Source: an uncultured Gammaproteobacteria bacterium
GTDB taxonomy: Bacteria; Patescibacteriota; Patescibacteriia; UBA1558; S5-K13
DNA length: 64,000 bases
NCBI GenBank assembly: GCA_964640635.1
Contig: CAZXFD010000003.1
Location: 1,149 to 65,148 of the forward strand
Direction of reading: 5' to 3'
Each line of letters begins with the position of its first letter. Positions within the stretch are counted from its first letter, which is position 1. The notes below the pieces were generated by a model that did not search any database, was not told where the DNA came from, and saw only the letters and a list, made by a program, of their open reading frames with translations. Position numbers and translations under genes: made by a program. This document shows, piece by piece, positions 9,177 through 19,390 of this stretch.

Positions 9177-10118
9177 TTATTCTGATAAAAACCTAATTCT
9201 ATCAAAAAATATTTTATTATAGTGTGCTCTCATATCATTTTCATGAAACTTTAGCATAGAATCATTTACCACAACACTATTATCTCCATTATTCATTTTG
9301 GAATTTTTATTTTGTCTCATCTTTAATAATTGTATACTCTTTAAAAAAGAATTCAAAAATCTACCAAATCTATTATATAATAAGAATTCCATAAAACGTC
9401 TTATACTTTTTGAAAAAACATCATCCCTCACCTTCCAATACTGCGCTATTTCGTGTTTAATATGATTTTTTGCAAACTCACTTACCCATTTATTAGACTC
9501 ATAAAAATTATCATAAACACCCAAATCAAATATCGGAACAATGGTTAAAAACCAGTAAGCAAACCAAATATCTTTTTCATAAGCCAAATGATCCAGATCT
9601 ATTGCCTTATCGCTTGTATAAAAATTTAGACATATTCTATTTTTTATTTTCTTTCCATGTCTTCTCTTTCCAGATATATGCGTAAATAATGTAATAAAAA
9701 ATCTTGTAAACCAAACATATCCATCTTTTATAATAATAAATACATCTATATCGCTTTCCTCTTTTACATTAAGATATCCTATTGATCCTGATATTGCTAC
9801 CATCCTTATAAAGGGAATGAATCTTAAAAAATAAACAACCTTTTGGGCCATTTGAATTTTTGCTATACTACTATCTCTCTTTGATTTTCTCGAGTAAATT
9901 AATTCTCTTTTACCCTTCAAAAAATAAAATCCATCTTTAGTTTCCGTATATCTTTTTATAGACTCGCTACCCGAAAGACACAATACGACATCATTTAAAT
10001 CACATTTAGTCTCATACAAATATTTCCAAATCTCAAAAACCGTCATTGGATAGTTAAATATATCAAAGTATATAATCGTCTTTAAAATTGATTTTTCTAA
10101 TTCATTCATATTTCCCAA
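9177..10118 (-). CDS. nucleotidyltransferase-fold protein (unknown substrate)
   Basis: ISGSIGYLNVKEESDIDVFII fits the hG[GS]...DhDh minimal NTase motif. Confidence 0.45.
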   Translation of the reverse strand: MGNMNELEKSILKTIIYFDIFNYPMTVFEIWKYLYETKCDLNDVVLCLSGSESIKRYTETKDGFYFLKGKRELIYSRKSKRDSSIAKIQMAQKVVYFLRFIPFIRMVAISGSIGYLNVKEESDIDVFIIIKDGYVWFTRFFITLFTHISGKRRHGKKIKNRICLNFYTSDKAIDLDHLAYEKDIWFAYWFLTIVPIFDLGVYDNFYESNKWVSEFAKNHIKHEIAQYWKVRDDVFSKSIRRFMEFLLYNRFGRFLNSFLKSIQLLKMRQNKNSKMNNGDNSVVVNDSMLKFHENDMRAHYNKIFFDRIRFLSE

Positions 10119-10174
10119 ACCTTTCTGCTTTTCACCTTAATTTTGGGTCTTTCGCCTTTTCACCTTCGCCTATT

Positions 10175-12985
10175 TTATATCAATTCCTTCAAATATTTTC
10201 CCGTATAAGATTTTGCATTCCTTGAAACTTCCTTTGGAGTACCAACAGCAACTACTTCACCACCTTTATCGCCACCCTCTGGTCCTAAGTCTATTATCCA
10301 ATCGGCACATTTTATGACATCCAAGTTATGCTCTATTATAAGCACACTATTTCCCTTATCAACTAATTTTTGTAAAACATCAACAAGTTTTTTAATATCT
10401 TCAAAATGTAGTCCTGTCGTTGGCTCATCTAGTATATAAAGAGTTTTACCACTAGCCTTTCTTGATAGCTCTGTTGCTAGCTTTACGCGCTGTGCCTCTC
10501 CTCCAGAGAGTGTTGTTGCTGATTGACCAAGTTTTACATAAGAAAGACCAACATCGTTTAATGTCTTCAGTTTATTATAAATTACTGGGATATCGGAAAA
10601 AAACTTCATTGATTCAAGAACTGTCATATCCAAAACATCAGAGATTGTTTTGTCTTTATAATGAACCTCTAGTATATCAGAATTATACCTCTTTCCATGA
10701 CAATCTTCACACTCTACATAAATATCTGGCAAAAAATTCATTTCTATTTTTACAAGTCCATTTCCCTGACAAGTTTCACATCTTCCACCTTTTACATTAA
10801 AACTGAATTTTCCCAGTCTATATCCACGCATTTTTGATTCTGGAAGACCAGCAAACAAATCTCTTATATAAGTAAACAACCCCGTGTATGTTGATGGATT
10901 TGACCTAGGCGTACGGCCAATTGGTGACTGGTCGATATTTATTACTTTATCAATATGTTCTAAACCCAAAATCTTTTTATGCTTTCCTGGCAAATCTTTT
11001 GCTCTTGTAAATTTATATGAGAGAGCCTTACCTAAAATTTCGAATATTAAAGTTGATTTTCCACTTCCTGATACACCTGTAATACAAACTAGTTTTCCAA
11101 GTGGAATTTTTACATCAATATTTTTTAGATTAAACTCACTAGCCCCGATTATTTCAATATTATGGCCATTTCCTAGTCTTTTGTTTTTAAGGGGCAAAAC
11201 ACTTAATTTATTTGATAAATATTTGCCAGTCAAAGATTTTGTATCTTTTTTTATTTCGGCTGCCGTTCCTGCAAAAATGATCTTCCCTCCATTTTCTCCT
11301 GCTCCTGGACCAACATCAATAATATAGTCTGCAGACAAAATAGTGTCTCTATCATGCTCTATTACAATTACCGTATTTTCAAAATCTCTTAATTTCTTGA
11401 GTGTTTTAATGAGTCTATCATTATCTCTTTGATGGAGCCCAATAGATGGTTCATCTAATATATATAAAACTCCAGATAGGGAAGAATTAATCTGCGTTGC
11501 AAGCCTTATTCTTTGAGATTCTCCACCAGACAAAGAAACAACTGTTCTATTCAAAGATAAATATCCAAGACCTATATCATTTATTGATTTCAATCTTACT
11601 ATAATTTCTTTAATAATTTTTTCAGCTATTATAAAAGATTTTTTGCTTAAGCTTGTTTTATTTTTATCTCCCAGGACAGAAAACAATTTGAAAGCACTTT
11701 CTATGTTGAAATTGGTTATTTCACTAATATCTTTTCCATCTATTTTTATAGCCAGAGATTCTTTCTTTAATCTTTTTCCATGACACAGTGTACACTCATC
11801 CGCTCTCATACATTTTTCTATTTCTGATTTTACATATTCAGAATCAGTATCTCTATATTTTTTTTCTAAATATTCTATTACACCACCCTTTTTAAGCCCA
11901 CTTTCATTGTCTAACTTTCCAAATAAAACCAGGCCTAAGTCCTCTTTGCTCAAGTTTTTTATAGGAACATTTATATCTATATCAAAATCATTTTTGATAC
12001 CCTCTATTATTTTGTAATAAATATTTTGGTTAACACAAATTTTGAATAGTAGTCTTATTCCACCTTCTGACAAGCTCAATTTATTGTTTGGAATAATAAG
12101 TTCTGGGTCTATTTTAAGTTTCATTCCTAGACCAGAACATTCGAAACATGCACCATGTGGAGAATTAAAAGAAAAATTTCTTGGCTCTATTTTTGAAAAT
12201 AAATAATTACATTCTTCACAATAAAGATGATTATTAAATGTTTTAACAATTGTATTTTTTTCTCCTGACGTTGCCATAAATCCATTTGAATAATCTATTG
12301 CCGTAGATATTGAAGCTATCAGTGAGTTAATATCATATTTATCTTTTTCTAAATTAAATTTACTGATAACAAGAAAAATTTCTTTATTCACATACTCTAC
12401 TTCATCCATTTTAATTACATCTTCTATAGAACAATATACATCTCCCACTCTGAGCATCTCGTAGTTACTTTTTTTTATTTTCTTAAATAAACTAGAGTCT
12501 ACTTTTTGACCGTTCTTTAATATCGGCGATAAAATATAAATTACATCGTCTTTAAATTCAGACTCTATATCCCTAGCTATTTGCTTTAAATCTTTTATGC
12601 TCAAAACTTTATCACACTCTGGACAATGAACGTCTCCCGATTTTGCAAAAAGGAGTCTTAGATAATCGTATATTTCTGTAGTTGTAGCAAGAGTTGATCT
12701 TGGACTTCTATTGCTCATTCCCTGACCTATTGAAATTGCTGGTGGAAGACCCTCAATACTATCAACATCCGGCTTATCTAATAAATCAAAAAACTGCTTT
12801 GAATAAGCAGACAATGATTCCATATATCTTCTTTGACTCTCTGCATACAATGTATCAAAGGCCAAAGATGACTTACCACTTCCAGACAAGCCACTTATAA
12901 CAGTGAATCTGTTTCTTGGTATATTAACACTTATATTTTTTAGATTATGAACTCTTGCACCCTTTATAACGATCTTTTTGTCCAT
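10175..12985 (-). CDS. uvrA: excinuclease ABC subunit A
   Basis: Two ABC modules (GLSGSGKSSLAFDTLYAE; GVSGSGKSTL), zinc-finger CxxC pairs, 936 aa. Confidence 0.95.
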   Translation of the reverse strand: MDKKIVIKGARVHNLKNISVNIPRNRFTVISGLSGSGKSSLAFDTLYAESQRRYMESLSAYSKQFFDLLDKPDVDSIEGLPPAISIGQGMSNRSPRSTLATTTEIYDYLRLLFAKSGDVHCPECDKVLSIKDLKQIARDIESEFKDDVIYILSPILKNGQKVDSSLFKKIKKSNYEMLRVGDVYCSIEDVIKMDEVEYVNKEIFLVISKFNLEKDKYDINSLIASISTAIDYSNGFMATSGEKNTIVKTFNNHLYCEECNYLFSKIEPRNFSFNSPHGACFECSGLGMKLKIDPELIIPNNKLSLSEGGIRLLFKICVNQNIYYKIIEGIKNDFDIDINVPIKNLSKEDLGLVLFGKLDNESGLKKGGVIEYLEKKYRDTDSEYVKSEIEKCMRADECTLCHGKRLKKESLAIKIDGKDISEITNFNIESAFKLFSVLGDKNKTSLSKKSFIIAEKIIKEIIVRLKSINDIGLGYLSLNRTVVSLSGGESQRIRLATQINSSLSGVLYILDEPSIGLHQRDNDRLIKTLKKLRDFENTVIVIEHDRDTILSADYIIDVGPGAGENGGKIIFAGTAAEIKKDTKSLTGKYLSNKLSVLPLKNKRLGNGHNIEIIGASEFNLKNIDVKIPLGKLVCITGVSGSGKSTLIFEILGKALSYKFTRAKDLPGKHKKILGLEHIDKVINIDQSPIGRTPRSNPSTYTGLFTYIRDLFAGLPESKMRGYRLGKFSFNVKGGRCETCQGNGLVKIEMNFLPDIYVECEDCHGKRYNSDILEVHYKDKTISDVLDMTVLESMKFFSDIPVIYNKLKTLNDVGLSYVKLGQSATTLSGGEAQRVKLATELSRKASGKTLYILDEPTTGLHFEDIKKLVDVLQKLVDKGNSVLIIEHNLDVIKCADWIIDLGPEGGDKGGEVVAVGTPKEVSRNAKSYTGKYLKELI

Positions 12986-13062
12986 ATGGTTAGCTACATA
13001 GCTACTTAGTTTCGTAGTTTAAAAATAGATATAATTAGCTCTCATTGTATCACCAAATAACA

Positions 13063-13095
13063 AAAAAATCAACCGCTGAATCTCAACGGTTGAAG
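13063..13095 (-). terminator. terminator separating the upstream small gene from uvrA
   Basis: caaccg..cggttg hairpin with an A-run on the plus strand (T-run on the minus strand). Confidence 0.5.
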
Positions 13096-13124
13096 TATCA
13101 TAAAGACAATGTTAAAAGACAATG

Positions 13125-13343
13125 TTATTGGACCCCTGGAGAAGCCGACGACTTCTCAAAACGAATCATCTTACCATCCTCATAACGGGCGATAATAACC
13201 GTTCCACTTTCCTCATGGAGATAAACTCCAAGGATATCACCTATTTCAAGGGGTTTGACATTATTAATGTTAACGACACCATCAACGATAATTTTATCAT
13301 CCCCAATAGCAAAGTTAAACACTTTATTGTGGCACATAACCAC
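13125..13343 (-). CDS. hypothetical small protein (about 70 aa)
   Basis: Strong SD (AAGGAGG) 6 nt upstream of the ATG on the minus strand; beta-strand-rich composition. The overlapping plus-strand ORF 13122..13367 is rejected. Confidence 0.5.
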   Translation of the reverse strand: MVMCHNKVFNFAIGDDKIIVDGVVNINNVKPLEIGDILGVYLHEESGTVIIARYEDGKMIRFEKSSASPGVQ

Positions 13344-13356
13344 CTCCTTATATATT

Positions 13357-14394
13357 TTAATTTCTGATTGTTCTAATATTGTTTATGCTGTGATTTTTTT
13401 GTTCAAAATTATCAAGTGCGCCAGCCCTTCTTTTGCGACATCTTAACATATTATAAGAATAAAAATCACACTTTTTACCAATACAGCCTTCTTTTGAGGG
13501 ACACATTCCCTTTGCCATTTTTACAGTATCTATTCCTATCATTATGGCCCTTTTGACAGTTGCCTTATCTATTTGGACTGGCTTTTCTGTTTTTATTTCA
13601 CCGCCTATTGGATCAAAATTCCAATGTGGAATTCCTTCCATAATCCCCGATCTATTTAAAACATGTTTATTTATTTTATCAAAAGGAACTTTGTGCTTTC
13701 TTGCTGTTTCAACTCGCAGTATTGCAACTACATCTAACAAGTCAACACTCTTTTCCTTTTTCGTCTTTATTACTATATTATCTTTTGATTTAAAAATTAC
13801 TACAACATCAGCCATAACTTCTTTTTTATAAAACAAAAACTCTGCTATATCATCATGTTCACAATCAATAAAAACAACTTTCAATTCTTTATCATTTTGA
13901 TTTGTGCTAAAACTCGTTATTTTTCCTTCTTTTACAGCCTTTGAACAATAATCAAAAAATGTTTTTGTTTTTTCTTCGTTATGTTCCAAGTATTCTTTTA
14001 TAATGGGTAATGTCAATTTTAATACTTTTTCTGGATTATCTTTTATAATTGTAGTTAAATACGTCCAAGAGAAAAAATCATTACTGCAAACGTTTTTATT
14101 CTTAAAACAAGAAATCAGCTGATTTACAACTGGTATTTCATCTAGGTTCAAACCCTCTATATTAAGAAGTTCAAATAAAAGTGTATTTCTACCCTTAAAA
14201 TTAAGAAGTGGCAACACACCATTTGAAATAAAATAATTAATATCCTTATCCTCTGGCAGATCTACCCTAAATTCAAGCTCTGCTTTTGAAAGATTAGAAA
14301 ATTTCTTTGTAGCATATTTATACATCAGCGAAAGAGCAAGTATTGAATCAATGCTAAGCTCTTTTGGTAATAAAATTTTTTCTATTTTTTGCAT
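13357..14394 (-). CDS. hypothetical protein with C-terminal Cys cluster (C-x5-C-x4-C...C)
   Basis: 345-aa intact ORF with no assignable family. Confidence 0.45.
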   Translation of the reverse strand: MQKIEKILLPKELSIDSILALSLMYKYATKKFSNLSKAELEFRVDLPEDKDINYFISNGVLPLLNFKGRNTLLFELLNIEGLNLDEIPVVNQLISCFKNKNVCSNDFFSWTYLTTIIKDNPEKVLKLTLPIIKEYLEHNEEKTKTFFDYCSKAVKEGKITSFSTNQNDKELKVVFIDCEHDDIAEFLFYKKEVMADVVVIFKSKDNIVIKTKKEKSVDLLDVVAILRVETARKHKVPFDKINKHVLNRSGIMEGIPHWNFDPIGGEIKTEKPVQIDKATVKRAIMIGIDTVKMAKGMCPSKEGCIGKKCDFYSYNMLRCRKRRAGALDNFEQKNHSINNIRTIRN

Positions 14395-14602
14395 ATATTC
14401 CCTCTTAGTTATTAAAATATGAACTATTTAAATACTAAATATTATTATATCATATATAAACCCCTGTGTCAATGATAATGTATAGTGCATATTTTATAGT
14501 CATATCAACGCTATGCGCAAAATATAAAACACACAAAGCAAGTCTTGACAAAATTATTTAAAAAGACTATTGTTTTATCAATAAAAACATGGAGGAACCA
14601 AA

Positions 14603-14965
14603 ATGCGAGAACCAAAAAAGGTCATCATAACCTTTTTACCTGGAACTAGTTTTAATACAGTCTGCAAAGACGTAAACAAACTAATTCAAAAATTTGATGC
14701 AGAGATTCCACAATTTAAGAACTTAGACATAATTCTTATAACAAGTCTGGAAATCTCACATTGCAAAAAAATAAGTCATCCAAGAATAAGGGCCACTGTA
14801 TGCGGAACATACTTTTCTCCAAAAAAGGGTGTTCAATACATATTAATACAAAATGGTTCTCCCAAAGAACTTGCCCAAGTAACTCGAGCCATGAGCCAGA
14901 AAAAACAAACACCAATTAAGGTGTTTGAAGTAAAAAATGGCAAAATTACTGGGGTTGCCGCTTAA
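14603..14965 (+). CDS. hypothetical protein (120 aa)
   Basis: TTGACA-17-TATTGT promoter-like sequence and GGAGGA SD upstream; terminator at 14981-15010. Confidence 0.45.
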   Translation: MREPKKVIITFLPGTSFNTVCKDVNKLIQKFDAEIPQFKNLDIILITSLEISHCKKISHPRIRATVCGTYFSPKKGVQYILIQNGSPKELAQVTRAMSQKKQTPIKVFEVKNGKITGVAA

Positions 14966-14980
14966 CAAACAAAGCTTTCT

Positions 14981-15010
14981 GCGTTGGGTCAAGCGACCCG
15001 ACGCTTTTTT
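14981..15010 (+). terminator. rho-independent terminator
   Basis: 10-bp stem gcgttgggtc/gacccgacgc followed by T6. Confidence 0.65.
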
Positions 15011-15026
15011 ATTATAAAAAAACAAA

Positions 15027-16625
15027 TTACTTAGATAAAATCTTTTCTATTTCCTTCAACAATTCTTTTGGTGCAGTACCTCCTTTAAAAATATATCCCG
15101 ACGCTCCCATTTCTGCAGATTTTTTTCTATCTTTTTCAGTGTTTAAATTTGTAAACATCACTACTGGGATATTTTTTGTTTTTGGATTTTTCTTTAATTC
15201 CGCCAAAAAATTATATCCTTGTTCTGCAACAACATTTACCGCTCCATCTTTTTCTTTTTTTGGAATTATAATATCCAAAAGAACAATATCAATTTTTTTA
15301 TTCTGAGCCATATCTATAGCACCCTCTACGCTCTGAGTAGAATAAAAATTATATCCATTATGTTTAAAATATATGTGGTACAGATCTACTATATTTGATT
15401 CATCTTCAATCAAAAGTATTGATCTATTAGTATTTTTATTACCACTGACAAACTCAATCTGTTTTTCTTCACTACTATTTACATTCAAATGACTATCTTC
15501 TTTTTTTGCAACTGGCAAAGAAAAGCTAAATGTAGTGCCTTTGCCAAGTTTTGTTTTTTCTAAAATTAGTTTACCACCACTATCCTCAATAACTTTTTTA
15601 GCTATATAGAGACCTAATCCAGATCCATCTGGATTGAGTCCTGTTGCCTGAGATCCTCTATAAAACTTTGTAAATAATCTCTTCTTGTCATCTTCACCTA
15701 TGCCGGCACCAGTATCAGAAACCAAAACTTTCAAATATTTCTTTTTATTTTTTTCAAAAATCATCAAATCTACACTCACACTACCCTTAGACGTATAAAA
15801 AATTGCATTATCTAACAAATTAGAAACCACGTGCACTATTTTTTTTAAATCACACAAAACTAGTGGAATTTTAAATTTTGGCTTATTTATTTTTATTTTG
15901 ATCTTTCTATCTATTGCTAGTCTCAAATTCTTTTTCTCTTCAATCATTGTATTAATAATTTTTTCTATGTCAACAGGTTCAATATTCATCTTTATTGTTT
16001 GACCCTCTAGCTCAAAAGCGTCCCAAAACTCAGAAATTGTGCTAGCCATTCTAGAGAGCCCTTTACTTGCTATTTCCATGCCCTTATCAATAGGAATAGA
16101 GTCTTCTTCCATCATAGAAAAAGCACTCCTCATTATAGAAAGTGGGGTATTAAGCTGATGATTTACCACTCTCAAAAAATCTCCTTTCATATTGAGCAGT
16201 TCTTGAAGATGCTCATTCTTTTCTTTTATGTCTTTAGTTTGATCACTCACTCTTTCTTCAAGTTGATCTGACAACTCCCTCAAGGCTTCTTTGCTTTTCT
16301 TTTCAAGAAAATTGGACTTGATAATTTTCTCAGTACTATTGTTAAAAAAATATCCGTAAACGATTACAAGTAAAAAAACAATCATTACTGCTGCTGTAGA
16401 AATGCTTTTATCAATAAAGAAAAAAATCCCAAAAGAAAACAATATCAAGATCATACTGATTACTTGATATTGTAAGAATAAGCATTTATGAAATTTTTGT
16501 TCACAATACTGACAACGCTTATAAGGCGAGTTGTTGAGATTTTTTACTAGCCAACAATTTCTATTGAGATAACAACCACTTCCAAGTTCTATTTTTTCTT
16601 TTTGTTTTGGATCCTTCTTGTCCAT
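15027..16625 (-). CDS. hybrid sensor histidine kinase / response regulator with N-terminal Cys-rich segment
   Basis: H-box HQLNTPLSIMR, G2 box GLGLYIAKKVIEDSGG, C-terminal receiver domain (IDIVLLDIIIP). The Cys-rich segment (CWLV..CQYCEQKFHKC) precedes a TM helix. Confidence 0.85.
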   Translation of the reverse strand: MDKKDPKQKEKIELGSGCYLNRNCWLVKNLNNSPYKRCQYCEQKFHKCLFLQYQVISMILILFSFGIFFFIDKSISTAAVMIVFLLVIVYGYFFNNSTEKIIKSNFLEKKSKEALRELSDQLEERVSDQTKDIKEKNEHLQELLNMKGDFLRVVNHQLNTPLSIMRSAFSMMEEDSIPIDKGMEIASKGLSRMASTISEFWDAFELEGQTIKMNIEPVDIEKIINTMIEEKKNLRLAIDRKIKIKINKPKFKIPLVLCDLKKIVHVVSNLLDNAIFYTSKGSVSVDLMIFEKNKKKYLKVLVSDTGAGIGEDDKKRLFTKFYRGSQATGLNPDGSGLGLYIAKKVIEDSGGKLILEKTKLGKGTTFSFSLPVAKKEDSHLNVNSSEEKQIEFVSGNKNTNRSILLIEDESNIVDLYHIYFKHNGYNFYSTQSVEGAIDMAQNKKIDIVLLDIIIPKKEKDGAVNVVAEQGYNFLAELKKNPKTKNIPVVMFTNLNTEKDRKKSAEMGASGYIFKGGTAPKELLKEIEKILSK

Positions 16626-16637
16626 TAGTAATAACTA

Positions 16638-17078
16638 TTATGAGTCAATTTGATTTTTAATAAAAACCTTTTTTAAGGCAATATACATCAAAGTTGCTAC
16701 GCAAAAACCCACAAGACATGCCAAAAATATCATCAGCGTTACTATCAAAATATAAATCCATGCAAAGTTAATAAGTTTTGTATAGTGCAATAACAAAAAT
16801 CCAATCAAAAGTAATACTGCTGTAGCAAGTGATACAAAATTTAATTCTCCTAACTCCTTTTGAGTTGGTTCGGACTTTTTTTTCAAAAATCTAGTTGCTA
16901 TAAAATTGTGAAGTTGATATGGAATGTTGAGTTTCAAAGAAACAACTCCAATGATTATCAAAAAACTTACTATCAAAACTAGCCACTTATTATGGATAAA
17001 AAATGCTAATAAAACCAAAGCTCCGTATGTAGCTCTAGAAAACCTTAAAGACTTGTCATAAATTAAACATTGTTTCAT
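16638..17078 (-). CDS. membrane protein, 4 TM, unknown function
   Basis: Hydrophobicity pattern only. Confidence 0.45.
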   Translation of the reverse strand: MKQCLIYDKSLRFSRATYGALVLLAFFIHNKWLVLIVSFLIIIGVVSLKLNIPYQLHNFIATRFLKKKSEPTQKELGELNFVSLATAVLLLIGFLLLHYTKLINFAWIYILIVTLMIFLACLVGFCVATLMYIALKKVFIKNQIDS

Positions 17079-17145
17079 ATTGTTTTTTATCTTACCTTAG
17101 CAAGACGAATTAATTTTACTTAAAATACAAACTTATTATATCTAA

Positions 17146-18477
17146 TTAAACTTTGCTCTCAAGACACTTTTTAACTGCCACACACGCCCTTCTCACATCC
17201 TTAATATCATTATATATATAGAAACTCAATCTACAGCTTGCTGGTGGATTAAGTTGATAATGATAGTGTGCCAATGTTGCACAATGGCATCCAGCACGAG
17301 ACTCAATCCCTAATTTATTTAGCTCCTCAGCAAGTTTAAACGGACTTTTATCTCCACAGTTAAAAGCTAATAAAGATGTTCTCTCTTCTGGATTTCTTGG
17401 ACCATAGATTGTCAACGCTGGAATTTCTCCTAATATCTTAAGCGCCTCTTCAATAAGTTCATGTTCATGAGTTGCTATATTATCCATAGCTTTTTTTATG
17501 TCATCTGGTTCCAATTTTTTATCAGTCATAAAATAAACATTCTTTCCTGGGTTTAAAGAAAAATCCATTAGCAATCTCACAGACTGTGCTGACAAAATGG
17601 TTCCTAAAATATTAGGAGTTCCTGCCGTAAATTTCCAAGGAAGAGCATTATATTCTACTTTTTCTGGACTAACCATGCCCTCAGCAATCATATCCCCACC
17701 ATATAAGAATGGTTTCATACTATTTAACAATTCTTCTCTTGCATATAAAGCACCCACACCAAATGGTGCGAGCATTTTATGAAAAGACCATGCGAGAAAA
17801 TCTACACCCAAATCTTTAACATCTATGAAAACATTTGGAACAATTTGGGCACCATCAATTAAAAGATAAGATTTTTTTTCTCCATTTGGCTGATTATATC
17901 CACTGGAATCAGCTATTTTTCTAATTTCTTTGATAGGATTTTTTGTTCCTAAAAAATTGGATGCTCCGACACAACAAATAAGCTTAGTTCTATCATCCAC
18001 TAAAGATTTCAAATGTTCTAAGTCGAGTTTACCCGTTTCCTTATCAAATTCTACAATTCTACACTCTACGTTGATACCAAATTTTGGCAAAATTTCTTTA
18101 GTAAGTCCGTACCATGGGACATAATTTGAATTATGTTCCATAAAAGTCGTAATGATATTATCTCCATCTTTAAATTCTGTCATTAAGGAATACATGACAG
18201 AGTTGATTGCTTCTGTAGTGTTTCTATACAAAATAATATTTTTTCTAGATGAAGCACCAATAAACTGTGCTATTGTATCATATGAAGACTCAAACATTTC
18301 CGTTGTTGATATTGAAGAATCAGACTGACCTCTATGCACATTGTCATATTTTATGACGAGCTTCTTCAATAAATCTAATAATTGCGTAGGAACTTGTGTG
18401 CTAGCTGCATTATTCGATACAACTCTTCCAGACTTTACTGCTGGAAAAAATTTTCTGATTTTTTTTGTGTTAAGCAT
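17146..18477 (-). CDS. class V aminotransferase-fold PLP enzyme, cysteine desulfurase (SufS-like)
   Basis: PLP lysine in SFHKMLAPFGVGALY; the active-site region RAGCHCA resembles the SufS RAGHHCA segment. Confidence 0.75.
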   Translation of the reverse strand: MLNTKKIRKFFPAVKSGRVVSNNAASTQVPTQLLDLLKKLVIKYDNVHRGQSDSSISTTEMFESSYDTIAQFIGASSRKNIILYRNTTEAINSVMYSLMTEFKDGDNIITTFMEHNSNYVPWYGLTKEILPKFGINVECRIVEFDKETGKLDLEHLKSLVDDRTKLICCVGASNFLGTKNPIKEIRKIADSSGYNQPNGEKKSYLLIDGAQIVPNVFIDVKDLGVDFLAWSFHKMLAPFGVGALYAREELLNSMKPFLYGGDMIAEGMVSPEKVEYNALPWKFTAGTPNILGTILSAQSVRLLMDFSLNPGKNVYFMTDKKLEPDDIKKAMDNIATHEHELIEEALKILGEIPALTIYGPRNPEERTSLLAFNCGDKSPFKLAEELNKLGIESRAGCHCATLAHYHYQLNPPASCRLSFYIYNDIKDVRRACVAVKKCLESKV

Positions 18478-18593
18478 AAAATTGTTACTTTTTAATATGA
18501 TTTTTTATATTAAAACTGGCTCTATTATAATACTATTATAGCTATTAAAAGCTCTTTAAGCAACACTTTATATAGAACCCCGCGTATAGGAGT

Positions 18594-19220
18594 TTATTCC
18601 AAAAAATGTATAAAGCTTTTCCTATGTATGTCGCACATTCCAAATTTCTTTATACTCTCAATATGATTTTTGGTTCCATATCCCTTATGTATATCAAATG
18701 AATATTCTGGGTATTTTTTTGCCAAATCTTCCATATACTCATCTCTATATACTTTTGCAATAATAGACGCTGCTGCAATAAGAAAGTGTTTTGCATCACC
18801 GTCAACAATTGTCTCATAATTTTTGAAATCAAGATCAAAATATTTACTAAATCCACCAATATAATCAATTATTGCATAATCAATATCTGGAACGTGATTA
18901 TATATAACTCGCTCTACTATTTTTACATTTGCCGTCTGAATTCCTAGTTTATCTATCTGAATATTGTCTATCATAGAAATCCCTGATTTAAACCTTTTCT
19001 TTATCTCACCTGACAATTCTTTTCTTTTATTATGAGTTAGCTTTTTAGAATCATTAATATGTGGTACTAAATCAAGATTATTATTTAATTCCTCAGGAGT
19101 TAAAAAAACATAGCCACAAACAATAGGCCCAGCCAGTGGCCCTCGACCAGCTTCGTCAAATCCAATGATCGTTTTACAACCATTTTCAAAAAGTGTTTTT
19201 TCTAATTCTATATTTACCAT
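18594..19220 (-). CDS. rnhB: ribonuclease HII
   Basis: IGFDEAGRGPLAGPIV signature. Confidence 0.9.
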   Translation of the reverse strand: MVNIELEKTLFENGCKTIIGFDEAGRGPLAGPIVCGYVFLTPEELNNNLDLVPHINDSKKLTHNKRKELSGEIKKRFKSGISMIDNIQIDKLGIQTANVKIVERVIYNHVPDIDYAIIDYIGGFSKYFDLDFKNYETIVDGDAKHFLIAAASIIAKVYRDEYMEDLAKKYPEYSFDIHKGYGTKNHIESIKKFGMCDIHRKSFIHFLE

Positions 19221-19251
19221 AAATGCATTATATCTTTATTTAGATAAAAAT

Positions 19252-19375
19252 AAAAATCACCCCTTTATAATATGTATGTCATTCTGAGTTCATCTCAGAA
19301 TCTCATGGTTAATATAATTTACTGCGAGATCCTGAAACAAGTTCAGGATGACAGGTGTAAATATGGGTGATTTTT
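19252..19375. other. structured intergenic element: 11-bp outer inverted repeat enclosing two related 8-bp hairpins
   Basis: Outer IR is aaaaatcaccc / gggtgattttt. Inner hairpins are attctgag-ttcat-ctcagaat and atcctgaa-acaag-ttcaggat. Confidence 0.5.
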
Positions 19376-19390
19376 ATTTCTAACAAATAT

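Noticed and set aside
10462-11327. Plus-strand ORFs of 112 and 147 aa inside uvrA
   Set aside because: Antisense to a highly conserved gene; Pro/Ser/Leu-rich translations typical of antisense frames.
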